A DNA stretch of 64,000 bases, taken from positions 480,001 through 544,000 of the forward strand of contig CAXXIA010000002.1 in the NCBI GenBank assembly GCA_963666985.2, in the 5' to 3' direction. Source of the stretch: Spirochaetia bacterium. Its GTDB lineage: Bacteria; Spirochaetota; Spirochaetia; DSM-2461. Made by a program: the position numbers and the translations under genes. This document shows, one piece after another, positions 49,779 through 59,587 of the stretch. The notes under the pieces are model-generated. The model made no database searches. It was not told the DNA's origin and saw only the letters and a program-made list of their open reading frames with translations. Position 1 is the stretch's first letter. The number at the start of each line of letters is the position of its first letter.

Positions 49779-50663
49779 CTAAGGATGAGAGCAGGAAAAT
49801 ATTTCAGCTGTATAATCCAGAAACTGCCTGACCGCCGGATTTGAATTATTCTTATGCCAGGTCAGTACAACATCAACAAGCATCTCGTATCCCGATATTC
49901 TTTTTTTCAGAATATTATGACTGCTCTCCCTGCCGGCGACATAGAAACCGGGAACAACCGATATACCAAGGTTGGCTTCCACCTGAAGCAGCAAAGCATC
50001 CATGGAATCGGCATAAAGAAGTGTTGTGTGTTTATCTTGAACAAACAATTCCTCTATAAACGGAGGATGAACGAAATGGGGAAGGATTATCTTTTCCCGC
50101 CTGAGGTCTTTCAGCTCCAGTTCTTCCGATTCGGCATAGGGAGATTCCCTGGAAATCAGAACAAAAAACTCCTCCCTGCCAAGTATCCGCCGCTTAAGTT
50201 CCCCGAAATCCTTCACGGCAAAAAGAAATGTAAAGGCCAAATCAAGCTCTCCGCTCACAACCGACTCGGTTAAAACAGTTGTATTCCGGAGTTTGATATC
50301 GATATAGACATCAGCAAAAGATTTATGGAATCCGCTGAGAAATTCCGCAATCAGATGGTTAATACTGCCCAAAGAGCCGATTCTTAAAAAACCGGAAGTA
50401 CCTCTTCCCGCATCCCTAACCATCTCGGACATTCCATGAAACGCCTGAAGGAACTTCTCACCTTCCCTTAAGAAAACCTCGCCGGCACCGGTAAGGCGTA
50501 CCGATCGGCTTGTGCGTTCGAACAGACTCACCCCCAGTTCCGACTCCAGGGATATAATCTGTCTGCTTAAAGCCGGCTGACTTATATAAAGATATTCGGC
50601 CGCTTTGGTGAAATTGCGATATCGCGCAAGAGTCAGGAAGTATTCTATCTGCCTGGTATCCAG
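49779..50663 (-). CDS. LysR-family regulator (probable CTG start)
   Basis: The frame extends upstream of the listed ORF: LDTRQIEYFLTLARYRNFTKAAEYLYISQPALSRQIISLESELGVSLFER. Confidence 0.92.
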   Translation of the reverse strand: MDTRQIEYFLTLARYRNFTKAAEYLYISQPALSRQIISLESELGVSLFERTSRSVRLTGAGEVFLREGEKFLQAFHGMSEMVRDAGRGTSGFLRIGSLGSINHLIAEFLSGFHKSFADVYIDIKLRNTTVLTESVVSGELDLAFTFLFAVKDFGELKRRILGREEFFVLISRESPYAESEELELKDLRREKIILPHFVHPPFIEELFVQDKHTTLLYADSMDALLLQVEANLGISVVPGFYVAGRESSHNILKKRISGYEMLVDVVLTWHKNNSNPAVRQFLDYTAEIFSCSHP

Positions 50664-50898
50664 GAATTTTCCCTCCTATTCCACCTCTGTCGCCGGAGGA
50701 CCTTCGGGCCGCACCCGAGCTTGCTCTGGTATAACAGAGACGAACAAGGGAAACCACAGGTATCGCCGGCGCTGTTGAACTCCGCCGCAATCATAGGCCG
50801 CACCCGAGCAGCTCGCGCCGCCAAGAAACCTCTTCAGCCGCAGTAAAAAGCCGTCGGCAGCCCCCACGAGCGCACCCATTTTGCCGCCACAGCCCTCT

Positions 50899-52788
50899 TT
50901 AGCGCCTCTCCACCTGTAGAAGAATCACCGCCACGTCGCCCGAACGCACGCCCGGCACCCGGGAGGCCTGCCCCACGCTCACCGGCCGTATAATCTTCAG
51001 CTTCTCCCGGGACTCGGTCGAAAGACCCGGAACATCATCCCAATTCAATCCTGAAGGAATGGACACATGCTCCATTCGGCGGAACCTCTGCACGTGCCGC
51101 TCTTCCCGCTTCATGTAGCCCTCATACTTCACATCAAGTTCAATCTGCCGGAGCCATTCGGGCTCGGCGCCCTCTCCCAAAGACGGCTCCACCTTCAGCA
51201 AATCAGGAAAACTCACCTTGGGATCTCTTAAAAGAAGCTCGAATTTTTCTCCGCCTTTGCGCTCCCCCCAGGGCCCCTTGTCAATCTCGGCCTCCGTCAG
51301 AGTGCGTTTCCGCAGCAGCTCCCGAATCTCGTCGATGCGGTCGCGTTTGGCCTCGAAACGCTCGGAGGCCGCCTCATCCTGAAGACCGGCCTCCCGGCCG
51401 TAAGCGAACAGCCGCCGATCGGCGTTATCATGCCGCAAAGCGATACGGTGCTCGGCGCGGCTGGTGAACATCCGGTAGGGCTCCTTGGTTCCCAAAGTCA
51501 CCAAATCGTCGATCATTACGCCGATATACGCCTCCGAACGGTCCAGAATTATCGGCGGCTTTCTCTGCATCCGCCGGGCGGCGTTAATCCCCGCCATCAG
51601 CCCTTGAGCCGCCGCCTCTTCATACCCGCTGGTGCCGTTGGTCTGCCCGGCGATAAAAAGATTGCGCATCCGTTTGGATTCCAAAGCCGGCGTGAGATGA
51701 ATGGGATTCAGATAATCGTACTCCACCGCGTATCCGGGCCGCATCATCTCCGCATGTTCCAAACCCGGAACGCTGTGAATGTATTCCACCTGGGCATCCT
51801 CGGGCAGACTGGTGGAGAGACCGTTCAGATACATTTCCTCGGTTTCGGCCCCCTCGGGCTCCACGAACACATGATGCCTTTCGCGGTCCGGGAACTTTAC
51901 CACCTTGTCCTCGATGGACGGGCAGTAGCGAGGACCCGTGCCCTCGATGCGTCCCGAGAACAAGGGAGAGCGTCCCAAATGACTGCGGATAATATCGTGA
52001 GTGTTCTTGTTGGTGTATGTAATGTAGCACTGCATGGCCGGACGCTCGGGCCTCTCCGGACCGAAACTGAAGGGGAACACCTCATCGTCGCCGAACTGGA
52101 TTTCCATCTTCTCTATATCCAGAGACCGCCGATGAACCCGCGCCGGCGTGCCCGTTTTCAGGCGGCCCACATCGAATCCCTTCTCCCGCAGATTCTTTCC
52201 CAAACCGAGAGCCGCCGGCTCTCCCAAGCGTCCGTTGGGCGCCACGAAATCACCGATGAAGATCTTCCCTTCCATGAACGTTCCGGTGGTCAGTACAACC
52301 GTCCGGGCCGTAATCTTATGTCCCCTCTCGGTTATCACGCCGCAAATTTGGGAATCGCACCAGGCCGCGGGATCCGCTCCGCCCTCAACGGGCGACTCCT
52401 TCACCGGCTCGGCCCATATATCCGTTACCGTATCCTGGAATAAGTCCAGATTGTTTTGGAGCTCCAGCGTATGCTTGGACTTCCGCCGGTAAGCGGGCTT
52501 GTCGGCCTGAGCCCGGGGCGCCTGCACCGCAGGACCGCGGCTTCGGTTGAGCACACGGAACTGAATCATCGTCGCATCGATAAGCCGGCCCATTTCTCCG
52601 CCCATGGCGTCGATCTCCCGGACCATGTTCCCTTTGGCCAGTCCCCCAATTGCGGGGTTGCACGAAAGGTTGCCGATGGTATCCAGGCATTGAGTAATGA
52701 GAACCGTATGATATCCCAGCCTTGAGAGCGCCAGAGCCGCCTCGATTCCGGCATGCCCCGCACCCACCACGACCGCATCGTAATCCAT
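50899..52788 (-). CDS. mnmG: tRNA uridine-5-carboxymethylaminomethyl modification enzyme
   Basis: GAGHAG.EAA, SCNPAIGG, RLKTGTP, GPRYCPSIEDK, AGQ.NGTSGYEEAAAQG. Confidence 0.98.
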   Translation of the reverse strand: MDYDAVVVGAGHAGIEAALALSRLGYHTVLITQCLDTIGNLSCNPAIGGLAKGNMVREIDAMGGEMGRLIDATMIQFRVLNRSRGPAVQAPRAQADKPAYRRKSKHTLELQNNLDLFQDTVTDIWAEPVKESPVEGGADPAAWCDSQICGVITERGHKITARTVVLTTGTFMEGKIFIGDFVAPNGRLGEPAALGLGKNLREKGFDVGRLKTGTPARVHRRSLDIEKMEIQFGDDEVFPFSFGPERPERPAMQCYITYTNKNTHDIIRSHLGRSPLFSGRIEGTGPRYCPSIEDKVVKFPDRERHHVFVEPEGAETEEMYLNGLSTSLPEDAQVEYIHSVPGLEHAEMMRPGYAVEYDYLNPIHLTPALESKRMRNLFIAGQTNGTSGYEEAAAQGLMAGINAARRMQRKPPIILDRSEAYIGVMIDDLVTLGTKEPYRMFTSRAEHRIALRHDNADRRLFAYGREAGLQDEAASERFEAKRDRIDEIRELLRKRTLTEAEIDKGPWGERKGGEKFELLLRDPKVSFPDLLKVEPSLGEGAEPEWLRQIELDVKYEGYMKREERHVQRFRRMEHVSIPSGLNWDDVPGLSTESREKLKIIRPVSVGQASRVPGVRSGDVAVILLQVERR

Positions 52789-52981
52789 GGAGCGAAGGGT
52801 AGTGATTCGGTGGGAATTGGGCAAGAGATTGAACTGACCCCCGAAGCCGCCCGGAATAGCCCTTTCCCTCATCCCTCCGCTTCTTTTCCCCGCGAGTTAT
52901 GCTCAAGCCGCGCCGGAACCGCCGCGGCCTGGGGTGAACCACACCTCATCCGCTCTCTCACCTTGAAACGGGCAAGCTCCA

Positions 52982-53641
52982 TCAATCCTCGGGCAGAATA
53001 TAGGCACCATCTTCATCAAAGTAATCGAGAATCTCCCAGGGATCGGTTTCAGGCTCATTCTCTTTCTCAATCAGGGCCATCAGAGATTCTTCACACCAGG
53101 ACCAGGCGTTTGCATCGGGATCGAGCCGTGATTCCCGGTAATCGGTCAGACCGGGATGCCGAAAGATCAGCTTCGCATAATGCATCACATCCTTTCGCTT
53201 GCTGATCAGCAGGGACACGTCGCGATTGTGCCAGTACAAAGTCATCGTGCCCTGATTATTATCAACAGAGTACTCATACTCTCCGTGAACCCGGCTGTAG
53301 GCATTGTAAATCGTGTCCATAAATCCCAGCATGGCCTCTTCGGTACGGAACACATAAATATACGCCACTTTCTGAAGCCGATCGTTCTCAAAGAGGTACG
53401 AGTAGTAGCCCATGGACACCACGGCCCCGTTACCGTCGAACCTGGGCTCTCCCCGATAGGTAACCCGCCGGTCATTGCTGTCCGATACAAAAGAATCATA
53501 CTCGGCTTCAAAAAGCATCGTGTCCGCCAAAGAGGAATCCCAGGGCGGATGAGAGAACAGCGGGGTTTCATACTCTTCCTGAGCGGAAAGTCCAGATACC
53601 GACAGAATCGCCAAAAACATTATCAAAGACGTCTTTTTCAT
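52982..53641 (-). CDS. Hypothetical secreted protein
   Basis: Signal peptide MKKTSL..LSA; paralogous to the upstream gene. Confidence 0.75.
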   Translation of the reverse strand: MKKTSLIMFLAILSVSGLSAQEEYETPLFSHPPWDSSLADTMLFEAEYDSFVSDSNDRRVTYRGEPRFDGNGAVVSMGYYSYLFENDRLQKVAYIYVFRTEEAMLGFMDTIYNAYSRVHGEYEYSVDNNQGTMTLYWHNRDVSLLISKRKDVMHYAKLIFRHPGLTDYRESRLDPDANAWSWCEESLMALIEKENEPETDPWEILDYFDEDGAYILPED

Positions 53642-53669
53642 TCCATATCCACCGACATCAATCCGCTCT

Positions 53670-54920
53670 TCATTCAACAGCCGTTCGCAGAAAGCTTGAA
53701 CCGGTCCATCTGAGTGTTATCCGGGATCCGCCCTTTATTTCGTAATCCTGAGCAACATTTCCCCGGGCCGGGCGATCACCGTCCAAGATATCACTCAATA
53801 CGGACGAAGACGGGCTGGAATAGATCGAATTGGCCCAAACATATTTATCACCGGTCCACCAGACGTAGGTAATATCCGGCCGCTGCGGACGGATGGTGAA
53901 ATCACCGGTATGCACCTCATGGTTCCACCGCCCGTTCCGATAATAGCTGACGGCCACTTTTTCGCCATAGCCAAGATCAAAGGAAATTTCGCTGAGCCAA
54001 TCCCGAGCCGGCAGCTTGCTGAGCCTGAAGACCGGTCCGTCGTATCCCTGAAGCATCTCCGCTTCAACCGGTGTTGTATAAAATTCCTGATGACCGTCCC
54101 GCTCGTCGGTATACCAGCGGTTTCCGTTGATGCCTGTATAAAATTTCGTACCGCTTCCGGGTGTCCCCTCTTCCAGGGCCACAATAGACACCGATGACTT
54201 TGTTGAGTTTTGCAGCCGGTAGCCGGCGCCGGGCCGGATTGTCACCGTTTCCTGCATGAGCTTCACGAAACCCTGGGCGGCATAAACCTGCAGCGTCTTC
54301 GGAGTATCGTTGAGGATGGTGAACTCTTTCCTCATCCACTCCCGGGCCTGCGTGTAAAAACCGTCAACAACAGACTGTCCGTCGAACACGGCAACCCGGC
54401 GGGCTTCCTCCTGTGAAACCCCGGGAGGAAGAAATGTTATCAGGATATGCTGCGGTTCAACGCCGCTTTGGGAGCGAAAGAGAATAAGACCGTTATTCCA
54501 GATCTTCTTCTCTTCCCATGCGCCATCCTCCGCACCCGGAGGCAGAACCTTACCTTCACCGTAAATATTGGCATATTGAGAGTCGAACCATCTCTTGTAT
54601 TGCCGCATGAAATCCGAAGAACAGGCCATATGGTATTCAACCCTGTTCAGCCGATCATTCTCGAAAATGTAAACAAGCAGCCCCATTCGTGCCGGCGACG
54701 CATCGGTACCAATGGAATGGTCCTGAAGGGCCAGTACGTTTTCAGCCGCCTTCACGGGCGGCGGACCAATCCGGCTGAACAGCTGAACAGTATCATTCAT
54801 GCTTGTTCCCCAGGGAGGAATCGGAATTCCCGGAGTCTGATACTGCTCTGCGCTCTGGGCGGACAGAGCCCCTCCCGCAATCAGCAGAACCACCAGTACA
54901 AAAAGAGCTCTCTCTTTCAT
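53670..54920 (-). CDS. Hypothetical secreted protein
   Basis: Signal peptide MKERALF..LSA; SD GAGGAG. Confidence 0.75.
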   Translation of the reverse strand: MKERALFVLVVLLIAGGALSAQSAEQYQTPGIPIPPWGTSMNDTVQLFSRIGPPPVKAAENVLALQDHSIGTDASPARMGLLVYIFENDRLNRVEYHMACSSDFMRQYKRWFDSQYANIYGEGKVLPPGAEDGAWEEKKIWNNGLILFRSQSGVEPQHILITFLPPGVSQEEARRVAVFDGQSVVDGFYTQAREWMRKEFTILNDTPKTLQVYAAQGFVKLMQETVTIRPGAGYRLQNSTKSSVSIVALEEGTPGSGTKFYTGINGNRWYTDERDGHQEFYTTPVEAEMLQGYDGPVFRLSKLPARDWLSEISFDLGYGEKVAVSYYRNGRWNHEVHTGDFTIRPQRPDITYVWWTGDKYVWANSIYSSPSSSVLSDILDGDRPARGNVAQDYEIKGGSRITLRWTGSSFLRTAVE

Positions 54921-55212
54921 GAAACAATCACTCCTCAACATCAGCTTCGAGCATATGGGGATTCACATCATTCATAATAATGTATGACGGAAAAACAAAG
55001 GCACCATAATCTCTTTAGCTTTCACCATATCGCATAAATGAACAGAATCAAGCCGCTTCGGTTTGAGGAGCTTTATATTGATGTAACCGGAATCGGCATT
55101 CGGCTTATATCGGGTATGAAAAATATTTTCGCTATCTTGATTCAAACATGCCATACTGATGTCATGTTTAATCCCACACAATGGCGGCACAAGAACGAAC
55201 AAGGAGATACTC

Positions 55213-55554
55213 ATGGAAACCATCATTGCCGCCTGCGGACTGGACTGCGCAGCCTGCCCGGGCTACATCGCTTGGAAAACGGACGATCAAAAGCTGCGGA
55301 TCAAGACCGCGGCAGAATGGTCCAAAGAGTTTGGATTCGTCGGGAAGCCGGAAATGATCGACTGCGCCGGCTGCATGACCGATACGGATGGACCGCGGGT
55401 CGGACACTGCTCTGTGTGCGAATACCGGTCCTGCGCCATGGAACGAAGCTTAAGCACCTGCGCGGCCTGCGGCGAATACCCCTGCAAGTCGCTTGCGGGC
55501 TTCCTCGCGCAGGTGCCCGCGGCAAAGGCAAACCTGGAAGCGCTCCGAAGCTGA
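55213..55554 (+). CDS. Cys-rich DUF3795-like protein
   Basis: CGLDC..C, C.GC, C..C....C, C..C..YPC; SD AAGGAG. Confidence 0.85.
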   Translation: METIIAACGLDCAACPGYIAWKTDDQKLRIKTAAEWSKEFGFVGKPEMIDCAGCMTDTDGPRVGHCSVCEYRSCAMERSLSTCAACGEYPCKSLAGFLAQVPAAKANLEALRS

Positions 55555-55615
55555 ACCTCGGACCGGCGGTCCTTCCAATCCGCCGGTCCGTTTACCACCG
55601 CTAAGGGCGTCCGGC

Positions 55616-56557
55616 ATGAGAATCGACCGGCTCTATGCCCTCGCCCTCCACCTTTCCCGTCACGAAAACCTCACCGCGGCAAAGCTCGCCGAGCACTTCG
55701 AGGTGTCGATCCGGACCATCCACCGCGATTTGGAAACTCTGGACATGGCCGGTGTTCCGGTAGTAACGCGCCAAGGCCGCGGAGGCGGCGTAAGCCTTAT
55801 GTCCGGCTACCGGCTCGAAGGCGGCTATTTAACGCGAAAAGAACTGCGGGAGCTGGCCCTAACCCTGGAAGGCATCGCTCCCATTCTCTCAGGAACATCG
55901 GTGCCTTCCATCGCGGGGAAAGTGGCGGCGATGAATAGGACGGATCGAATTTTCAGTGACAAAGCGGAAACCTACGTTCCTCCCGTGGACATCGACCTGA
56001 GGGGATGGAGCCGGCGACCCGAATGGAAGAAAACCATGACCGCGCTGACCGAAGCGATCAAAACCGAACATGCCGTCGGATTCGCCTATATGTCCCTGAA
56101 CGATGTTAAAACCGAAAGAGATGTGGAACCGCTGAAAGTAATTTTTCGAAACAGCACATGGTACCTCTCCGGCTGGTGCCGGCTGCGGCGAAGCTACCGA
56201 TGGTTCAACGTCTCCCGGATCGAAAACATCCGTCTCCTTGAATCCCGATTCGACCGCCGCGGGCGTTTAAACGAAATGAAAGAAGACGACGGATTCAGCG
56301 AACCTGTTACGGATATCAGTCTTTCTCTCACGGAGAAGGGTCTTGCCAAAGCCCGTCATTACCTCGATCAGGATTCCGTAAGATCGGCGGGGAAGCGCCA
56401 CACGGCGCTTCTTCGATGGCCGATGAGCGAATGGGTTTACTCATTTCTTCTCGGTCTGGGCCCGGAGGTTTCCGTTATCGCGCCTGATGAAGTACGCAGC
56501 GAAATGGCGCTTCGAATCGCGCAAATGGCCGGAAACTACGCTTCAGCGGATTCTTAA
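55616..56557 (+). CDS. YafY-type HTH-WYL transcriptional regulator
   Basis: LAEHFEVSIRTIHRD, G.GGG, R.VEP, WYL..WC..R...R.F..SRI. Confidence 0.93.
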   Translation: MRIDRLYALALHLSRHENLTAAKLAEHFEVSIRTIHRDLETLDMAGVPVVTRQGRGGGVSLMSGYRLEGGYLTRKELRELALTLEGIAPILSGTSVPSIAGKVAAMNRTDRIFSDKAETYVPPVDIDLRGWSRRPEWKKTMTALTEAIKTEHAVGFAYMSLNDVKTERDVEPLKVIFRNSTWYLSGWCRLRRSYRWFNVSRIENIRLLESRFDRRGRLNEMKEDDGFSEPVTDISLSLTEKGLAKARHYLDQDSVRSAGKRHTALLRWPMSEWVYSFLLGLGPEVSVIAPDEVRSEMALRIAQMAGNYASADS

Positions 56558-56661
56558 AGCCCTCGCTTCGGCGATAAAAAAGATTCAATACACCCGATAC
56601 CGGATTTAAGCAAGGAAACAACGACCTTTGTTCCGATGCATAACAAAAAGCTTCCGAAGAC

Positions 56662-57093
56662 TCATTGACCGGTTTCATTACCCGCTCGTTTGGCACTCCC
56701 CCGGCACAAATCTTTTTCAGGAACTCCATCAATCCAGACCATGAGTTCTCTAATACGCTGATTTGTCAGATCGAGAAGAATCGAATAAGAACAAGCTGAA
56801 TACGCCCAGCCGTATTCGATTAATTTATCATCTTTGGGAAATCTTGCTTCAAGAACAGAATCACGATAAAGAAGCCACGCACTTTGAGACTTTTCCAGAG
56901 CTGCAATAAAAATCCGATCTTCAGCATAATCTTGAAGGATTTCCGTATAAATCAGGTCCAACTTCGATTGCGCTTCTTGAAGTTCCGAAAATAACTCTTG
57001 AGTAATATCATCCAACGCAGACGCGTTTACAGGAAGAAAAAAGAACTGACTGAAGAGAATAATAACTGAAAATACAAATCGTTTTGGTTTCAT
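56662..57093 (-). CDS. LprI/DUF1311-family exported protein
   Basis: Signal peptide; L...Y, L..SQ.AW..YRD, C....T..R..EL. Confidence 0.8.
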   Translation of the reverse strand: MKPKRFVFSVIILFSQFFFLPVNASALDDITQELFSELQEAQSKLDLIYTEILQDYAEDRIFIAALEKSQSAWLLYRDSVLEARFPKDDKLIEYGWAYSACSYSILLDLTNQRIRELMVWIDGVPEKDLCRGSAKRAGNETGQ

Positions 57094-57163
57094 TGAATCC
57101 GCTGCCGAGGCGGGATACCGAAGCGGCAAAGACCTCCTTGAAATTATTTTTAATTCTTAATCC

Positions 57164-57688
57164 CTATTTGTTATGCTCCACCCAAATTAATCCATCGATT
57201 TCATACCCTAGCCGCTTTGCTTCATTCAAATAATTTTCTTTGATCTTTTCCGGAATTGTTTTCTCTCTGGATAAGATCCACAGATATTGAAGATTCTTTC
57301 CCGCAACTAATGCATAGTTATATTCATTGTCCAGCATTATGACATTATAGGCCCCATAAAAAGGACCGAAGAAAGAAACCTCCAGTTCCGCGGTAGAGCT
57401 ATTGCCTCTAAATCTTGCTTTTCCCACAGCACTTTCCCATTTGTCTTTTTTATAGTTATATCCTCTATTTTCAACACGAATGGTTCCATCGGCATTTAGA
57501 GAATACTCCGCCGTAGTGTTGTTGAGATTTTTTTCAAATGTGAAATCAAATCGTGCAATCTCATACCATTTTCCCAGATATTTCTCCGAATCAAATGATT
57601 GGACCGGATTCGCGCCATTGGGGATTGAAGTACACGAAAATCCCAGAAAGAAAGATCCCATCAGCACTGCGAATGTCTTCCTTTTCAT
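57164..57688 (-). CDS. blc: Bacterial lipocalin lipoprotein
   Basis: Lipobox FSC; YLGKWYEIAR, VSFFGPF, YLWILSR. Confidence 0.92.
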   Translation of the reverse strand: MKRKTFAVLMGSFFLGFSCTSIPNGANPVQSFDSEKYLGKWYEIARFDFTFEKNLNNTTAEYSLNADGTIRVENRGYNYKKDKWESAVGKARFRGNSSTAELEVSFFGPFYGAYNVIMLDNEYNYALVAGKNLQYLWILSREKTIPEKIKENYLNEAKRLGYEIDGLIWVEHNK

Positions 57689-57822
57689 AAAAGTCGACTC
57701 CTCCTAATACTAATATAGCTGATTTTTCAAAGAAACGGATCTTCCGCCGAAGACGTGCCGCTCCCGTACAACAGATTAGATAAGGAAGAGAACGGGAACG
57801 CCGTTGTGAAAAGCAGAATCGT

Positions 57823-58419
57823 TTACCCGCGAAGATATGGAGAATAGAGTGCTTTGCAGACTTTAATTGCTTTGGAAGTGTCATAAGCCATTTCCAAATA
57901 GATATTCCCGTTGTATTCAAACTCCAGAATCGTTTCCAGGCCGAGCTTTCTTTCATGAGCCGAGGCCGATCTTGGATTCGCTTTATTCACGAAGGTCAGC
58001 AGAATGGGGAAGCGGCGGGCCATGTGCTCTCTGGAGGTTTCAAAAAGAAGCTCAAGCGCTCCGGTTCCGCGATATTTCCGGTCAATGCAGATAGGACCGT
58101 ATTGATAAGTGTTTGCCGTATTCAGCCGGCGGCCAAGATATTCAAGACTCCCCAAACCCTCAATCATGTGCCGGAACATCGGCCACGCTTTCCAGTAATC
58201 CCACGATCCGGACATGGCGTATCCGACGACTTTGCCGGCGTCTTTGAGAATAAACAGACCTTGTTCTTTTTTGATTAGTTCCCGAAGCTGATCTTTCGTG
58301 AATAATGTCGTTACAAATCCATCGGCTTTGTCTTCTTCGGAAATTGTATTCACGTGATACTTTGCTTGAAGAAGCATCACCTCTTCAAGATCTTCCGTTA
58401 CGGCGGCTCGACATTCCAT
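57823..58419 (-). CDS. GNAT-family acetyltransferase
   Basis: GFVTT, YQYGPICI...YRG.G, N.RS..AH..KLG. Confidence 0.8.
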   Translation of the reverse strand: MECRAAVTEDLEEVMLLQAKYHVNTISEEDKADGFVTTLFTKDQLRELIKKEQGLFILKDAGKVVGYAMSGSWDYWKAWPMFRHMIEGLGSLEYLGRRLNTANTYQYGPICIDRKYRGTGALELLFETSREHMARRFPILLTFVNKANPRSASAHERKLGLETILEFEYNGNIYLEMAYDTSKAIKVCKALYSPYLRG

Positions 58420-58502
58420 GCCTTAAGAATATAACGAGGCTCTTTATTCCGTACAACAGCCGGAGAACAGGCAAAGCCGAACAGTCGAGTCCGGCGCAGG
58501 GC

Positions 58503-59435
58503 CTACTTTGCCGCGTCCATTTCCGCGGCGGTTGGGGGATCGGCGCCTTGCCGAGCACAGTTCAAGCTGGAAGCCTTAACGGCGAAGGCCACGACGTCGC
58601 GGGCTTCGTCTTTGGTGAGTTCACTCGCGGTTCGCTCCGAAAGTCTGCCGATCTGGTGCAGCCGCACGAGAAGAGCGGCATGAAAAGTATCACCTGCGCC
58701 GATGGTGTCTTTGACCGTTACCGGATATTCGGGGGCTTCCACTTGAAAAGACGGGCCCATCATCACCGCCCCGTCTTTTCCTCGCGTCATTACCACAAGT
58801 CCGGCTCCTTTCGCCAGCCATTCGGCCGCGCTCTCTTCCGCCCTGCGTCCGGGATACATCCATTCCAAATCGGCGCCGCTTACTTTCACGATGGTGGAAA
58901 GACCGGCGAGAGCTTCCATCTCGGCGATATAGGCCTTTTTGTCGCCGATCATCATGGGCCGGACATTGGGATCGAAAGAGAGGGCCCGTTTGCCCGATTC
59001 CCGGCGGATAAGAGATTTGATGGTTTGTGCCTGGGGTTCGAGCAGGAGCGAGATGGATCCGAATTCAAGGCATTCCACCGAATCGGGCAGGGATTCGGGG
59101 ACATCCACGGGAACCAGATTCCGGTCGGCCGTGTTCTCCGTATAAAAGGCGTATCGGGGTTCTTTTCCGTCGGCGATTTTCACGAAGGCCAAGGTGGAAA
59201 GCCGATCGGAACGCTTGGTAAAAGAGGTGTTCACGCCTTCGGCCGTTAAACGGTCGAAGAGCATGTCGCCGAAAAAATCACGGGATATTTTGCCCAAAAA
59301 GCCGACCGGTGCGCCCAGGCGCGCGGCGGCGATGGCCAGGTTATAAGGAGATCCGCCCGGGCAGGGAGCGTATTGCAGATCGGCGGTCTTCTGGGGAACG
59401 AAATCAATAAGGGCTTCACCGCAGCTTACGATCAT
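58503..59435 (-). CDS. PfkB-family fructokinase
   Basis: CGEALID, GGSPYN, FDPNVRP, DTIGAGDTF; downstream of sucrose phosphorylase. Confidence 0.9.
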   Translation of the reverse strand: MIVSCGEALIDFVPQKTADLQYAPCPGGSPYNLAIAAARLGAPVGFLGKISRDFFGDMLFDRLTAEGVNTSFTKRSDRLSTLAFVKIADGKEPRYAFYTENTADRNLVPVDVPESLPDSVECLEFGSISLLLEPQAQTIKSLIRRESGKRALSFDPNVRPMMIGDKKAYIAEMEALAGLSTIVKVSGADLEWMYPGRRAEESAAEWLAKGAGLVVMTRGKDGAVMMGPSFQVEAPEYPVTVKDTIGAGDTFHAALLVRLHQIGRLSERTASELTKDEARDVVAFAVKASSLNCARQGADPPTAAEMDAAK

Positions 59436-59587
59436 GAAAAACCTCGAAACGATCATGGTTCATTCGAAATCAGCCGGCAAGACCGGCACGTTCCGATTCG
59501 GGAAAAGCATACCACGGGAAGCTTCGGGGGTCATCCAAAGAAAACCTTGAAGCATGCAAAATCAAGCTCACCTTTAGGTTTCGGCGT

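Noticed and set aside
49779..50531. LysR as a truncated pseudogene
   Set aside because: The HTH is intact and in frame upstream; only the start codon is atypical
59428..59457. Duplicated MIVS start of the fructokinase
   Set aside because: A 9-bp repeat (ACGATCATG); the SD supports the second ATG, so this is likely trivial
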